Shown here piece by piece: positions 1 through 12,200 of a stretch of 64,000 nt of DNA. Under the pieces are notes generated by a model. It saw only the letters and a list, made by a program, of their open reading frames with translations, made no database searches and was not told the DNA's origin. The DNA is from Auanema rhodensis (Eukaryota; Animalia; Nematoda). Position 1 is the stretch's first letter. Each line of letters starts with the position of its first letter. Made by a program: the position numbers and the translations under genes. The stretch is taken from NCBI GenBank assembly GCA_964057225.1, contig OZ059895.1:10664001-10728000 (forward strand), read 5' to 3'.

Positions 1-436
1 GTTTCTATCTTTTTCCTATCGTAACAAACATTGTTGAAACACTATACAACTGTGAAACCTTTTTTAATTTATTGTATTTGGATCTCATAAGATTTGATAT
101 CATCGAGGAATTTAGATGTAACGTAGAAAATTACATAACTAACACAGAAGCTCAAACAGTGGAAGATGAAGGAAAAAATGGAATCGCACTGGAACTACCT
201 CATATAGGACCAATATAGGATGTAATGATGACGAACTGGAAATGGATAATGCCACTTGTAACCGTGATTACCGCTGCTATATACTTTCTCTCTACTTCTG
301 CTTCATTCTTCATGCCAGCTCTTATATCGGTCATACTTTCCTACTGCTGTTTCGAAAAAACCAGCAATCCCCCTGTTGCAGTATCAAGAAATGTCTGATT
401 AAATTACATCTCACCCATTGACCTAGTACATATATA

Positions 437-478
437 AAGATATCTGATTACAATATTAAGATATCTGAATACAATTTC
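437..478. repeat. 21-bp direct duplication in the spacer, each half with palindrome AGATATCT
   Basis: AAGATATCTGATTACAATATT / AAGATATCTGAATACAATTTC; present in all three long units. Confidence 0.75.
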
Positions 479-737
479 AAGAAAATAACGATCATTATTT
501 TATTATTGCGCAACACTAACTCTCCCATTGTATCAACTTTCTAAACAACATCAAACCATATATAAGCTCGAATATACGAGCCATTTTTTACTCTTAATTT
601 AATTTCACCACTGAACCTATACCGATCTTATAATAAACTCTTCTCATTCAACTAACTGTTTGGATTTGCCACTAACTCATATTATCCCTATTAACCGGGG
701 AACAACCGAGTATAGACGCTTGTCATTGGGAACATTA

Positions 738-856
738 AAACACAAACATACCACGTTCAAAGTACGCCATCCCGTCCAATCTGGCACGTCGAGCAAAGTT
801 GGGCCTGGTTAGTAGTTGGATCGGAGACGGCTTGGAAATCCCGGGTGGCATAAGCT
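738..856 (+). pseudogene. 5S rRNA pseudogene (nematode-like), 5' end degenerate or replaced
   Basis: CATACCACGTTCAAAGTACGCCATCCCGTCCAATCTGGCA...GTTAGTAGTTGGATCGGAGACGGCTTGGAAATCCCGGGTGGCATAAGCT followed by TTT; gap-free against the nematode 5S as I recall it. Nt 1-9 read AAACACAAA rather than GCTTACGAC, so helix I cannot form; CCGATC is CCAATC and AGTAC is AGTAG. Confidence 0.9.
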
Positions 857-870
857 TTTCAAATTTTTTT
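856..870 (+). terminator. Pol III-type oligo-T terminator after the 5S 3' end (TTTT-CAAA-T7), repeated in each monomer
   Basis: AAGCTTTTCAAATTTTTTT immediately follows the 5S 3' end; runs of 4 or more T terminate Pol III. Confidence 0.6.
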
Positions 871-871
871 A

Positions 872-900
872 ACGATCATAACACGTTGAAAGTACGCCAT
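872..900 (+). pseudogene. 5S rRNA 5' fragment (nt ~5-33), head-to-tail after the full copy
   Basis: ACGATCATAACACGTTGAAAGTACGCCAT aligns with 742-770 (ACAAACATACCACGTTCAAAGTACGCCAT); also present in every satellite monomer. Confidence 0.85.
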
Positions 901-1130
901 GCAGCTGATTTTCAATTTGATCTCTTCCGTAACAAATGTTCTCAATTTTCAATCAGTTCTACTTAGATAGCTCAACCCAAGGCATCAAAATATCTTCAAT
1001 CTAATTTCTATATAACAGTTATAAACCAGCAGTCAATGAACCTTCATCTTAACTTTACTGTTTCTATCTTTTTCCTATCGTAACAAACATTGTTGAAACA
1101 CTATACAACTGTGAAACCTTTTTTAATTTA

Positions 1131-1457
1131 TTGTATTTGGAGCTCATAAGATTTGATATCATCGAGGGATTTAGATGGAACGTGGAAATTTACATAACTA
1201 ACACAGAAGCTCGAACAGTGGAAGACGAAGGAAAAAATGGAATCGCACTAGAACTACCTCATATAGAACTAATATGTGATATAATGATGACGAACTGGAA
1301 ATGGATAATGCCACTTGTAACCGTGATTGCCGCTGCTATATACTTTCTCTCTACTTCTGCTTCATTCTTCATGCCAGCTCTTATATCGGTCATACTTTCC
1401 TACTGCTGTTTAGAAAAAACCAGCAATCCCCCTGTTGCAGTATCAGGAAATGCCTAA
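1131..1457 (+). pseudogene. Possible coding relic with hydrophobic C-terminus in the long-repeat spacer (also 72-398 with a stop, and 2266-2592)
   Basis: Open frame ending in WKWIMPLVTVIAAAIYFLSTSASFFMPALISVILSYCC; TTG start only; TAG at 216-218 in copy 1; no family recognised. Confidence 0.2.
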
Positions 1458-1936
1458 TTGAATTACATTTCACCTATTGACTTAGTAGATATTTTAAGAT
1501 ATCTGATTACAATATTAAGATATCTGAATACAATTTTAAGAAAATACCGATCATTATCTTATTATTGCGCAACACTAACCCTCCCATTGTATCAACTTTC
1601 TAAACAACCTCAAACCATATAAAAGCTCGAATATACAAGCCATTTTTTACTCTTAATTTAATTCTACCACTGAACCTATACCGATCTTATAATAAACTCT
1701 TCTCATTCAACTAACTGTTTGGATTCGCCACTAACTCATATTATCCCCATTAACCGGGGAACACCCGAGTATAGACGCTTGTCATTGGGAACATTAAAAC
1801 ACAAACATACCTCTTCCGTAATAATTGTTTTCAATTTTCAAGCAGTCTTACTTAGATAGCTAAACCCAAGGCAGCAAATTATCTTCAATCTTATTCCTAT
1901 ATTACAGTTATGAACCAGTAGTTAATGAACCTCCAT

Positions 1937-2182
1937 GGCCCGGTTAGTAGTTGGATCGCAGACGGCTTGGGAATCCCGGATGGCATAAGCTTTTCAAATT
2001 TTTTTAACAATCATAACACGTTGAAAGTACGCCATGCAGCTGATTTTTAATTTAATCTCTTCCGTAACAAATGTTTTCAATTTTCAAGCAGTCTTACTTA
2101 GATAGCTAAACCCAAGGCAGCAAATTATCTTTAATCTTATTTCTATATAACAGCTATGAACCAGCAGTCAATGAACCTTCAT
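1937..2182 (+). repeat. Single 246-bp satellite monomer embedded in long unit B
   Basis: GGCCCGGTTAGTAG...AATGAACCTTCAT, 246 bp, then returns to long-unit sequence CTTAACTTTACTG. Confidence 0.88.
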
Positions 2183-2194
2183 CTTAACTTTACT

Positions 2195-3241
2195 GTTTCT
2201 ATCTTTTTCCTATCGTAACAAACATTGTTGAAACACTATACAATTGTGAAACCCTTTTTAATTTATTGTATTTGGAGCTCATAAGTTTTGATATCATCAA
2301 GGGATTCAGATGGAACGTGGAAAATTACATAACTAACACAGAAGCTCAAACAGTGGATGATGAAGGAAAATATGGAATCGCACTAGAACTACCTCATATA
2401 GAACTAATATGTGATATAATGATGACGAACTGGAAATGGATAATGCCACTTGTAACCGTGATTGCCGCTGCTATATACTTTCTCTCTACTTCTGCTTCAT
2501 TCTTTATGCCAGCTCTTATATCGGTCATACTTTCCTACTGCTGTTTGGAAAAAACCAGCAATCCCCTTGTTGCAGTATCAAGAAATGTCTGATTAAATTA
2601 CATTTCACCCATTGACCTAGTACATATATTAAGATATCTGATTACAATATTAAGATATCTGAATACAATTTCAAGAAAATACCGATCATTATTTTATTAT
2701 TGCGCAACACTAACTCTCCCATTGTATCAACTTTCTAAACAACCTCAAACCATATAAAAGCTCGAATATACGAGCCATTTTTTACTCTTAATTTAATTTC
2801 ACCACTGAACCTATACCGATCTTATAATAAACTCTTCTCATTCAACTAACTGTTTGGATTTGCCACTAACTCATATTATCCCTATTAACCGGGGAACAAC
2901 CGAGTATAGACGCTTGTCATTGGGAACATTAAAACACAAACATACCACGTTCAAAGTACGCCATCCCGTCCAATCTGGCACGTCGAGCAAAGTTGGGCCT
3001 GGTTAGTAGTTGGATCGGAGACGGCTTGGAAATCCCGGGTGGCGTAAGCTTTTCAAATTTTTTTAACAATCATAACACGTTGAAAATACGCCATGTAGCT
3101 GATTTTTAATTTTATCTCTTCCGTAACAAATGTTTCCAATTTTCAAGCAGTTTTACTTAGATAGCTCAACCCAAGGCAGCAAATTATCTTTAATCTTATT
3201 TCTATATTACAGTTATGAACCAGTAGTTAATGAACCTTCAT
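2195..3241 (+). repeat. Long repeat unit A', running directly into the satellite array
   Basis: Colinear with 1-1047 at offset 2194; after AACCTTCAT (3241) it continues GGCCCGG (satellite) instead of CTTAACTTT (long unit). Confidence 0.92.
2932..3050 (+). pseudogene. 5S rRNA pseudogene, second copy; its 3' half is the start of the satellite array
   Basis: Near-identical to 738-856 at offset 2194; ends GGCGTAAGCT+TTT; same missing 5' strand of helix I. Confidence 0.9.
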
Positions 3242-3256
3242 GGCCCGGTTAGTAGT

Positions 3257-3274
3257 TGGATCGGAGACGGCTTG
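3257..3274 (+). promoter_or_regulatory. 5S internal control region box C (TFIIIA site); representative of the copy in each monomer
   Basis: TGGATCGGAGACGGCTTG equals 5S nt 80-97; nearly invariant along the array. Function not shown. Confidence 0.55.
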
Positions 3275-6200
3275 AGAATCCCGGGTGGCGTATGCTTTTC
3301 AAATTTTTTTAACAATCATAACACGTTAAAAGTGCGCCATGCAGCTGATTTTCAATTTTATCTCTTCCGTAATAAATGTTTTCAATTTTCAAGCAGTCTT
3401 ACTTAGATAGCAAAACCCAAGGCAGCAAATTATCTTTAATCTTGATTCTATATTACAACTATGAACCAGTAGGTAATGAACCTCCATGGCCGGTTAGTAG
3501 TTGGATCGGAGACGGCTGGGGAATCCCGGGTGGCGTAAGCTTTTCAAATTTTTTAACAATCATAACACGTTGAAAACACGCCATGTAGCTGATTTTTAAT
3601 TTTATCTCTTCCGTAACAAATGTTTCCAATTTTCAAGCAGTTTTACTTAGATAGCTCAACCCAAGGCAGCAAATTATCTTTAGTCTTATTTCTATATTAC
3701 AGTTATGAACCAGTAGTTAATGAACCTTAATGGCCCGGTTAGTAGTTGGATCGGAGACGGCTTGAGAATCCCGGGTGGCGTATGCTTTTCAAATTTTTTT
3801 AACAATCATAACACGTTGAAAGTACGCCATGCAGCTGATTTTCAATTTTATCTCTTCCGTAATAAATGTTTTCAATTTTCAAGCAGTCTTACTTAGATAG
3901 CAAAACCCAAGGCAGCAAATTATCTTTAATCTTGATTCTATATTACAGCTATGAACCAGTAGGTAATGAACCTCCATGGCCGGTTAGTAGTTGGATCGGA
4001 GACGGCTGGGGAATCCCGGGTGGCGTAAGCTTTTCAAATTTTTTTAACATTCATAACACGTTGAAAGTACGCCATGCAGCTGATTTTTAATTTTATCTCT
4101 TCCGTAAGAAATGTTTCCAATTTTCAAGCAGTTTTACTTAGATAGCTCAACCCAAGGCAGCAAATTATCTTTAATCTTATTCCTATATTACAGTTATGAA
4201 CCAGTAGTTAATGAACCTTCATGGCCCGGTTAGTAGTTGGATCGGAGACGGCTTGGGAATCCCGGGTAGCGTAAGCTTTTCAAATTATTTCAACAATCAT
4301 AACACGTTGAAAGTACGCCATGCAGCTGATTTTCAATTTTATCTCTTCCGTAACAAACTTATTCAATTTTCAAGCAGTCTTACTTAGATAGCAAAACCCA
4401 AGGCAGCAAATTATCTTCAATCTTGATTTTATATTACAGCTATGAACCAGAAGTTAATGAACCTCCATGGCCGGTTAGTAGTTGGATCGGAGACGGCTTG
4501 GGAATCCCGGATGGCGTAAGCTTTTCAAATCTTTTCAACAATCATAACACGTTGAAAGTACGGCATGCAGCTGATTTTTAATTTTATCTCTTCCGTAACA
4601 AATGTTTCCAATTTTCAAGCAGTTTTACTTAGATAGCTCAAACCAAGGCAGCAAATTATCTTCAATCTTATTTCTGTACTACAGTTATGAACCAGTAGTT
4701 AATGAACCTTCATGGCCCGGTTAGTAGTTGGATCGGAGACGGCTTGGGAATCCCGGATGGCGTAAACTTTTCAAATTTTTTTAACAATCATAACATGTTG
4801 AAAGTACGCCATGCAGCTGATTTTTAATTTTATCTCTTCCGTAACAAATGTTTCCAATTTTCAAGCAGTTTTACTTAGATAGCTCAACCCAAGGCAGCAA
4901 ATTATCTTTAATCTTATTTCTATATTACAGTTATGAACCAGTAGTTAATGAACCTTCATGGCCCGGTTAGTAGTTGGATCGGAGACGGCTTGGGAATCCC
5001 GGGTGGCGTAAGCTTTTCAAATTTTTTTAACAATCATAACACGTTGAAAGTACGCCATTCAGCTGATTTTCAATTTTATCTCTTCCGTAATAAATGTTTT
5101 CAATTTTCAAGCAGTTTTACTTAGATAGCAAAACCCAAGGCAGCAAATTATCTTTAATCTTGATTCTATATTACAGCTATGAACCAGTAGTTAATGAACC
5201 TCCATGGCCGGTTAGTAGTTGGATCGGAGACGGCTTGGGAATCCCGGGTGGCGTAAGCTTTTCAAATTTTTTTAACAATCATAACACGTTGAAAGTACGC
5301 CATTCAGCTGATTTTCAATTTTATCTCTTCCGTAATAAATGTTTTCAATTTTCAAGCAGTTTTACTTAGATAGCAAAACCCAAGGCAGCAAATTATCTTT
5401 AATCTTGATTCTATATTACAGCTATGAACCAGTAGTTAATGAACCTCCATGGCCGGTTAGTAGTTGGATCGGAGACGGCTTGGGAATCCCGGGTGGCGTA
5501 AGCTTTTCAAATTTTTTTAACAATCATAACACGTTAAAAGTACGCCATGCAGCTGATTTTTAATTTTGTCTCTTCCGTAACAAATTTATTCAATTTTCAA
5601 GCAGTTTTACTTAGATAGCTCAAACCACGGCAGCAAATTATCTTCAATCTTATTTCTATATTACAGTTATGAACCAGTAGTTAATGAACCTTCATGGCCC
5701 GGTTAGTAGTTGGATCGGAGACGGCTTTGGGAATCCCGGATGGCGTAAGCTTTTCAAATTTTTTTAACAATCATAACACGTTGAAAATACGCCATGCAGC
5801 TGATTTTTAATTTTATCTGTTCCGTAACAAATGTTTTCAATTTTCAAGCAGTTTTACTTAGACAGCTCAACCCAAGGCAGCAAATTATCTCCAGTCTTAT
5901 TTCTATATTACAGTTATGAACCAGTTGTTAATGAACCTTCATGGCCCGGTTAGTAGTTGGATCGGAGACGGCTTGGGAATCCCGGATGGCGTAAACTTTT
6001 CAAATTTTTTTAACAATCATAACATGTTGAAAGTACGCCATGCAGCTCATTTTTAATTTTATCTCTTCCGTAACAAATGTTTCCAATTTTCAAGCAGTTT
6101 TACTTAGATAGCTCAACCCAAGGCAGCAAATTATCTTTAATCTTATTTCTATATTACAGTTATGAACCAGTAGTTAATGAACCTTCATGGCCCGGTTAGT

Positions 6201-9200
6201 AGTTGGATTGGAGACGGCTTGGGAATCCCGGGTGGCGTAAGCTTTTCAATTTTTTTTAACAATCATAACACGTTGAAAGTACGCCATTCAGCTGATTTTC
6301 AATTTTATCTCTTCCGTAATAAATGTTTTCAATTTTCAAGCAGTCTTACTTAGATAGCAAAACCCAAGGCAGCAAATTATCTTTAATCTTGATTCTATAT
6401 TACAGCTATGAACCAGTAGGTAATGAACCTCCATGGCCGGTTAGTAGTTGGATCGGAGACGGCTGGGGAATCCCGGGTGGCGTAAGCTTTTCAAATTTTT
6501 TTAACATTCATAACACGTTGAAAGTACGCCATGCAGCTCATTTTTAATTTTATCTCTTCCGTAAGAAATGTTTCCAATTTTCAAGCAGTTTTACTTAGAT
6601 AGCTCAACCCAAGGCAGCAAATTATCTTTAATCTTATTCCTGTATTACAGTTATGAACCAGTAGTTAATGAACCTTCATGGCCCGGTTAGTAGTTGGATC
6701 GGAGACGGCTTGGGAATCCCGGGTGGCGTAAGCTTTTCAAATTTTTTCAACAATCATAACACGTTGAAAGTACGCCATGCAGCTGATTTTTAATTTTATC
6801 TCTTCCGTAACAAATGTTTCCAATTTTCAAGCAGTTTTACTTAGATAGCTCAACCCAAGGCAGCAAATTATCTTTAATCTTATTTCTATATTACAGTTAT
6901 GAACCAGTAGTTAATGAACCTTTATGGCCCGGTTAGTAGTTGGATCGGAGACGGCTTGGGAATCCCGGGTGGCGTAAGCTTTTCAAATTTTTTTAACAAT
7001 CATAACACGTTAAAAGTACGCCATGCAGCTGATTTTTAATTTTGTCTCTTCCGTAACAAATTTATTCAATTTTCAAGCAGTTTTACTTAGATAGCTCAAA
7101 CCACGGCAGCAAATTATCTTCAATCTTATTTCTATATTACAGTTATGAACCAGTAGTTAATGAACCTTCATGGCCCGGTTAGTAGTTGGATCGGAGACGG
7201 CTTGGGAATCCCGGATGGCGTAAGCTTTTCAAATTTTTTTAACAATCATAACACGTTGAAAATACGCCATGCAGCTGATTTTTAATTTTATCTGTTCCGT
7301 AACAAATGTTTTCAATTTTCAAGCAGTTTTACTTAGACAGCTCAACCCAAGGCAGCAAATTATCTTCAGTCTTATTTCTATAATACAGTTATGAACCAGT
7401 TGTTAATGAACCTTCATGGCCCGGTTAGTAGTTGGATCGGAGACGGCTTGGGAATCCCGGATGGCGTAAACTTTTCAAATTTTTTTAACAATCATAACAT
7501 GTTGAAAGTACGCCATGCAGCTGATTTTTAATTTTATCTCTTCCGTAACAAATGTTTCCAATTTTCAAGCAGTTTTACTTAGATAGCTCAACCCAAGGCA
7601 GCAAATTATCTTTAATCTTATTTCTATATTACAGTTATGAACCAGTAGTTAATGAACCTTCATGGCCCGGTTAGTAGTTGGATCGGAGACGGCTTGGGAA
7701 TCCCGGGTGGCGTAAGCTTTTCAAATTTTTTTAACAATCATAACACGTTGAAAGTACGCCATTCAGCTGATTTTCAATTTTATCTCTTCCGTAATAAATG
7801 TTTTCAATTTTCAAGCAGTCTTACTTAGATAGCAAAACCCAAGGCAGCAAATTATCTTTAATCTTGATTCTATATTACAGCTATGAACCAGTAGGTAATG
7901 AACCTCCATGGCCGGTTAGTAGTTGGATCGGAGACGGCTGGGGAATCCCGGGTGGCGTAAGCTTTTCAAATTTTTTTAACATTCATAACACGTTGAAAGT
8001 ACGCCATGCAGCTCATTTTTAATTTTATCTCTTCCGTAAGAAATGTTTCCAATTTTCAAGCAGTTTTACTTAGATAGCTCAACCCAAGGCAGCAAATTAT
8101 CTTTAATCTTATTCCTGTATTACAGTTATGAACCAGTAGTTAATGAACCTTCATGGCCCGGTTAGTAGTTGGATCGGAGACGGCTTGGGAATCCCGGGTG
8201 GCGTAAGCTTTTCAAATTTTTTCAACAATCATAACACGTTGAAAGTACGCCATGCAGCTGATTTTTAATTTTATCTCTTCCGTAACAAATGTTTCCAATT
8301 TTCAAGCAGTTTTACTTAGATAGCTCAACCCAAGGCAGCAAATTATCTTTAATCTTATTTCTATATTACAGTTATGAACCAGTAGTTAATGAACCTTTAT
8401 GGCCCGGTTAGTAGTTGGATCGGAGACGGCTTGGGAATCCCGGGTGGCGTAAGCTTTTCAAATTTTTTTTAACAATCATAACACGTTAAAAGTACGCCAT
8501 GCAGCTGATTTTTAATTTTGTCTCTTCCGTAACAAATTTATTCAATTTTCAAGCAGTTTTACTTAGATAGCTCAAACCACGGCAGCAAATTATCTTCAAT
8601 CTTATTTCTATATTACAGTTATGAACCAGTAGTTAATGAACCTTCATGGCCCGGTTAGTAGTTGGATCGGAGACGGCTTGGGAATCCCGGATGGCGTAAG
8701 CTTTTCAAATTTTTTTAACAATCATAACACGTTGAAAATACGCCATGCAGCTGATTTTTAATTTTATCTGTTCCGTAACAAATGTTTTCAATTTTCAAGC
8801 AGTTTTACTTAGACAGCTCAACCCAAGGCAGCAAATTATCTTCAGTCTTATTTCTATAATACAGTTATGAACCAGTTGTTAATGAACCTTCATGGCCCGG
8901 TTAGTAGTTGGATCGGAGACGGCTTGGGAATCCCGGATGGCGTAAACTTTTCAAATTTTTTTAACAATCATAACATGTTGAAAGTACGCCATGCAGCTGA
9001 TTTTTAATTTTATCTCTTCCGTAACAAATGTTTCCAATTTTCAAGCAGTTTTACTTAGATAGCTCAACCCAAGGCAGCAAATTATCTTTAATCTTATTTC
9101 TATATTACAGTTATGAACCAGTAGTTAATGAACCTTCATGGCCCGGTTAGTAGTTGGATCGGAGACGGCTTGGGAATCCCGGGTGGCGTAAGCTTTTCAA

Positions 9201-12200
9201 ATTTTTTTAACAATCATAACACGTTGAAAGTACGCCATTCAGCTGATTTTCAATTTTATCTCTTCCGTAATAAATGTTTTCAATTTTCAAGCAGTTTTAC
9301 TTAGATAGCAAAACCCAAGGCAGCAAATTATCTTTAATCTTGATTCTATATTACAGCTATGAACCAGTAGTTAATGAACCTCCATGGCCGGTTAGTAGTT
9401 GGATCGGAGACGGCTTGGGAATCCCGGGTGGCGTAAGCTTTTCAAATTTTTTTAACAATCATAACACGTTGAAAGTACGCCATTCAGCTGATTTTCAATT
9501 TTATCTCTTCCGTAATAAATGTTTTCAATTTTCAAGCAGTTTTACTTAGATAGCAAAACCCAACGCAGCAAATTATCTTTAATCTTGATTCTATATTACA
9601 GCTATGAACCAGTAGTTAATGAACCTCCATGGCCGGTTAGTAGTTGGATCGGAGACGGCTTGGGAATCCCGGGTGGCGTAAGCTTTTCAAATTTTTTTAA
9701 CAATCATAACACGTTAAAAGTACGCCATGCAGCTGATTTTTAATTTTGTCTCTTCCGTAACAAATTTATTCAATTTTCAAGCAGTTTTACTTAGATAGCT
9801 CAAACCACGGCAGCAAATTATCTTCAATCTTATTTCTATATTACAGTTATGAACCAGTAGTTAATGAACCTTCATGGCCCGGTTAGTAGTTGGATCGGAG
9901 ACGGCTTTGGGAATCCCGGATGGCGTAAGCTTTTCAAATTTTTTTAACAATCATAACACGTTGAAAATACGCCATGCAGCTGATTTTTAATTTTATCTGT
10001 TCCGTAACAAATGTTTTCAATTTTCAAGCAGTTTTACTTACACAGCTCAACCCAAGGCAGCAAATTATCTTCAGTCTTATTTCTATATTACAGTTATGAA
10101 CCAGTTGTTAATGAACCTTCATGGCCCGGTTAGTAGTTGGATCGGAGACGGCTTGGGAATCCCGGATGGCGTAAACTTTTCAAATTTTTTTAACAATCAT
10201 AACATGTTGAAAGTACGCCATGCAGCTGATTTTTAATTTTATCTCTTCCGTAACAAATGTTTCCAATTTTCAAGCAGTTTTACTTAGATAGCTCAACCCA
10301 AGGCAGCAAATTATCTTTAATCTTATTTCTATATTACAGTTATGAACCAGTAGTTAATGAACCTTCATGGCCCGGTTAGTAGTTGGATCGGAGACGGCTT
10401 GGGAATCCCGGGTGGCGTAAGCTTTTCAAATTTTTTTAACAATCATAACACGTTGAAAGTACGCCATTCAGCTGATTTTCAATTTTATCTCTTCCGTAAT
10501 AAATGTTTTCAATTTTCAAGCAGTTTTACTTAGATAGCAAAACCCAAGGCAGCAAATTATCTTTAATCTTGATTCTATATTACAGCTATGAACCAGTAGT
10601 TAATGAACCTTCATGGCCGGTTAGTAGTTGGATCGGAGACGGCTTGGGAATCCCGAGTGGCGTAAGCTGTTCAAATTTTTTTAACAATCATAACACGTTA
10701 AAAGTACGCCATGCAGCTGATTTTTAATTTTGTCTCTTCCGTAACAAATTTATTCAATTTTCAAGCAGTTTTACTTAGATAGCTCAAACCACGGCAGCAA
10801 ATTATCTTCAATCTTATTTCTATATTACAGTTATGAACCAGTAGTTAATGAACCTTCATGGCCCGGTTAGTAGATGGATCGGAGACGGCTTGGGAATCCC
10901 GGATGGCGTAAACTTTTCAAATTTTTTTAACAATCATAACACGTTGAAAGTACGCCATGCAGCTGATTTTTAATTTTATCTCTTCCGTAACAAATGTTTC
11001 CAATTTTCAAGCAGTTTTACTTAGATAGCTCAACCCAAGGCAGCAAATTATCTTTAATCTTATTTCTATATTACAGTTATGAACCAGTAGTTAATGAACC
11101 TTCATGGCCCGGTTAGTAGTTGGATCGGAGACGGCTTGGGAATCCCGGGTGGCGTAAGCTTTTCAAATTTTTTTAACAATCATAACACGTTAAAAGTACG
11201 CCATGCAGCTGATTTTTAATTTTGTCTCTTCCGTAACAAATTTATTCAATTTTCAAGCAGTTTTACTTAGATAGCTCAAACCACGGCAGCAAATTATCTT
11301 CAATCTTATTTCTATATTACAGTTATGAACCAGTAGTTAATGAACCTTCATGGCCCGGTTAGTAGTTGGATCGGAGACGGCTTGGGAATCCCGGATGGCG
11401 TAAACTTTTCAAATTTTTTTAACAATCATAATACGTTGAAAGTACGCCATGCAGCTGATTTTTAATTTTATCTCTTCCGTAACAAATGTTTCCAATTTTC
11501 AAGCAGTTTTACTTAGATAGCTCAACCCAAGGCAGCAAATTATCTTTAATCTTATTTCTATATTACAGTTATGAACCAGTAGTTAATGAACCTTCATGGC
11601 CCGGTTAGTAGTTGGATCGGAGACGGCTTTGGGAATCCCGGATGGCGTAAGCTTTTCAAATTTTTTTAACAATCATAACACGTTAAAAGTACGCCATGCA
11701 GCTGATTTTTAATTTTATCTCTTCCGTAACAAATGTTTCCAATTTTCAAGCAGTTTTACTTAGATAGCTCAAACCACGGCAGCAAATTATCTTCAATCTT
11801 ATTTCTATATTACAGTTATGAACCAGTAGTTAATGAACCTTCATGGCCCGGTTAGTAGTTGGATCGGAGACGGCTTTGGGAATCCCGGATGGCGTAAGCT
11901 TTTCAAATTTTTTTAACAATCATAACACGTTGAAAATACGCCATGCAGCTGATTTTTAATTTTATCTGTTCCGTAACAAATGTTTTCAATTTTCAAGCAG
12001 TTTTACTTAGACAGCTCAACCCAAGGCAGCAAATTATCTTCAGTCTTATTTCTATAATACAGTTATGAACCAGTTGTTAATGAACCTTCATGGCCCGGTT
12101 AGTAGTTGGATCGGAGACGGCTTGGGAATCCCGGATGGCGTAAACTTTTCAAATTTTTTTAACAATCATAACATGTTGAAAGTACGCCATGCAGCTGATT

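Larger units (their letters stand above)
1..1059 (+). repeat. Long repeat unit A (1059 bp): 889-bp spacer/core plus a 170-bp largely 5S-derived segment
   Basis: GTTTCTATCTTTTTCCTATCG recurs at 1, 1060 and 2195; the following ~750 bp are colinear in all three copies; contains the 5S copy at 738-856. Confidence 0.93.
1060..2194 (+). repeat. Long repeat unit B (1135 bp): same 889-bp core, no full 5S, one 246-bp satellite monomer
   Basis: At 1807-1818 CATACC joins TCTTCC directly (the 170 bp equivalent to 753-922 is absent); 1937-2182 is one satellite monomer; 889+246=1135. Confidence 0.9.

Noticed and set aside
738-922. SINE3 (5S-derived SINE) partnered with the CR1-like LINE
   Set aside because: No LINE-related 3' tail and no TSD around the 5S segment.
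1595-1630. Minus-strand GGTTTGAG|GT resembling a spliced-leader exon end (SL1 genes are often linked to nematode 5S)
   Set aside because: No GGTTTAA...CCCA leader upstream, no convincing Sm site downstream, and the motif is altered in unit A.
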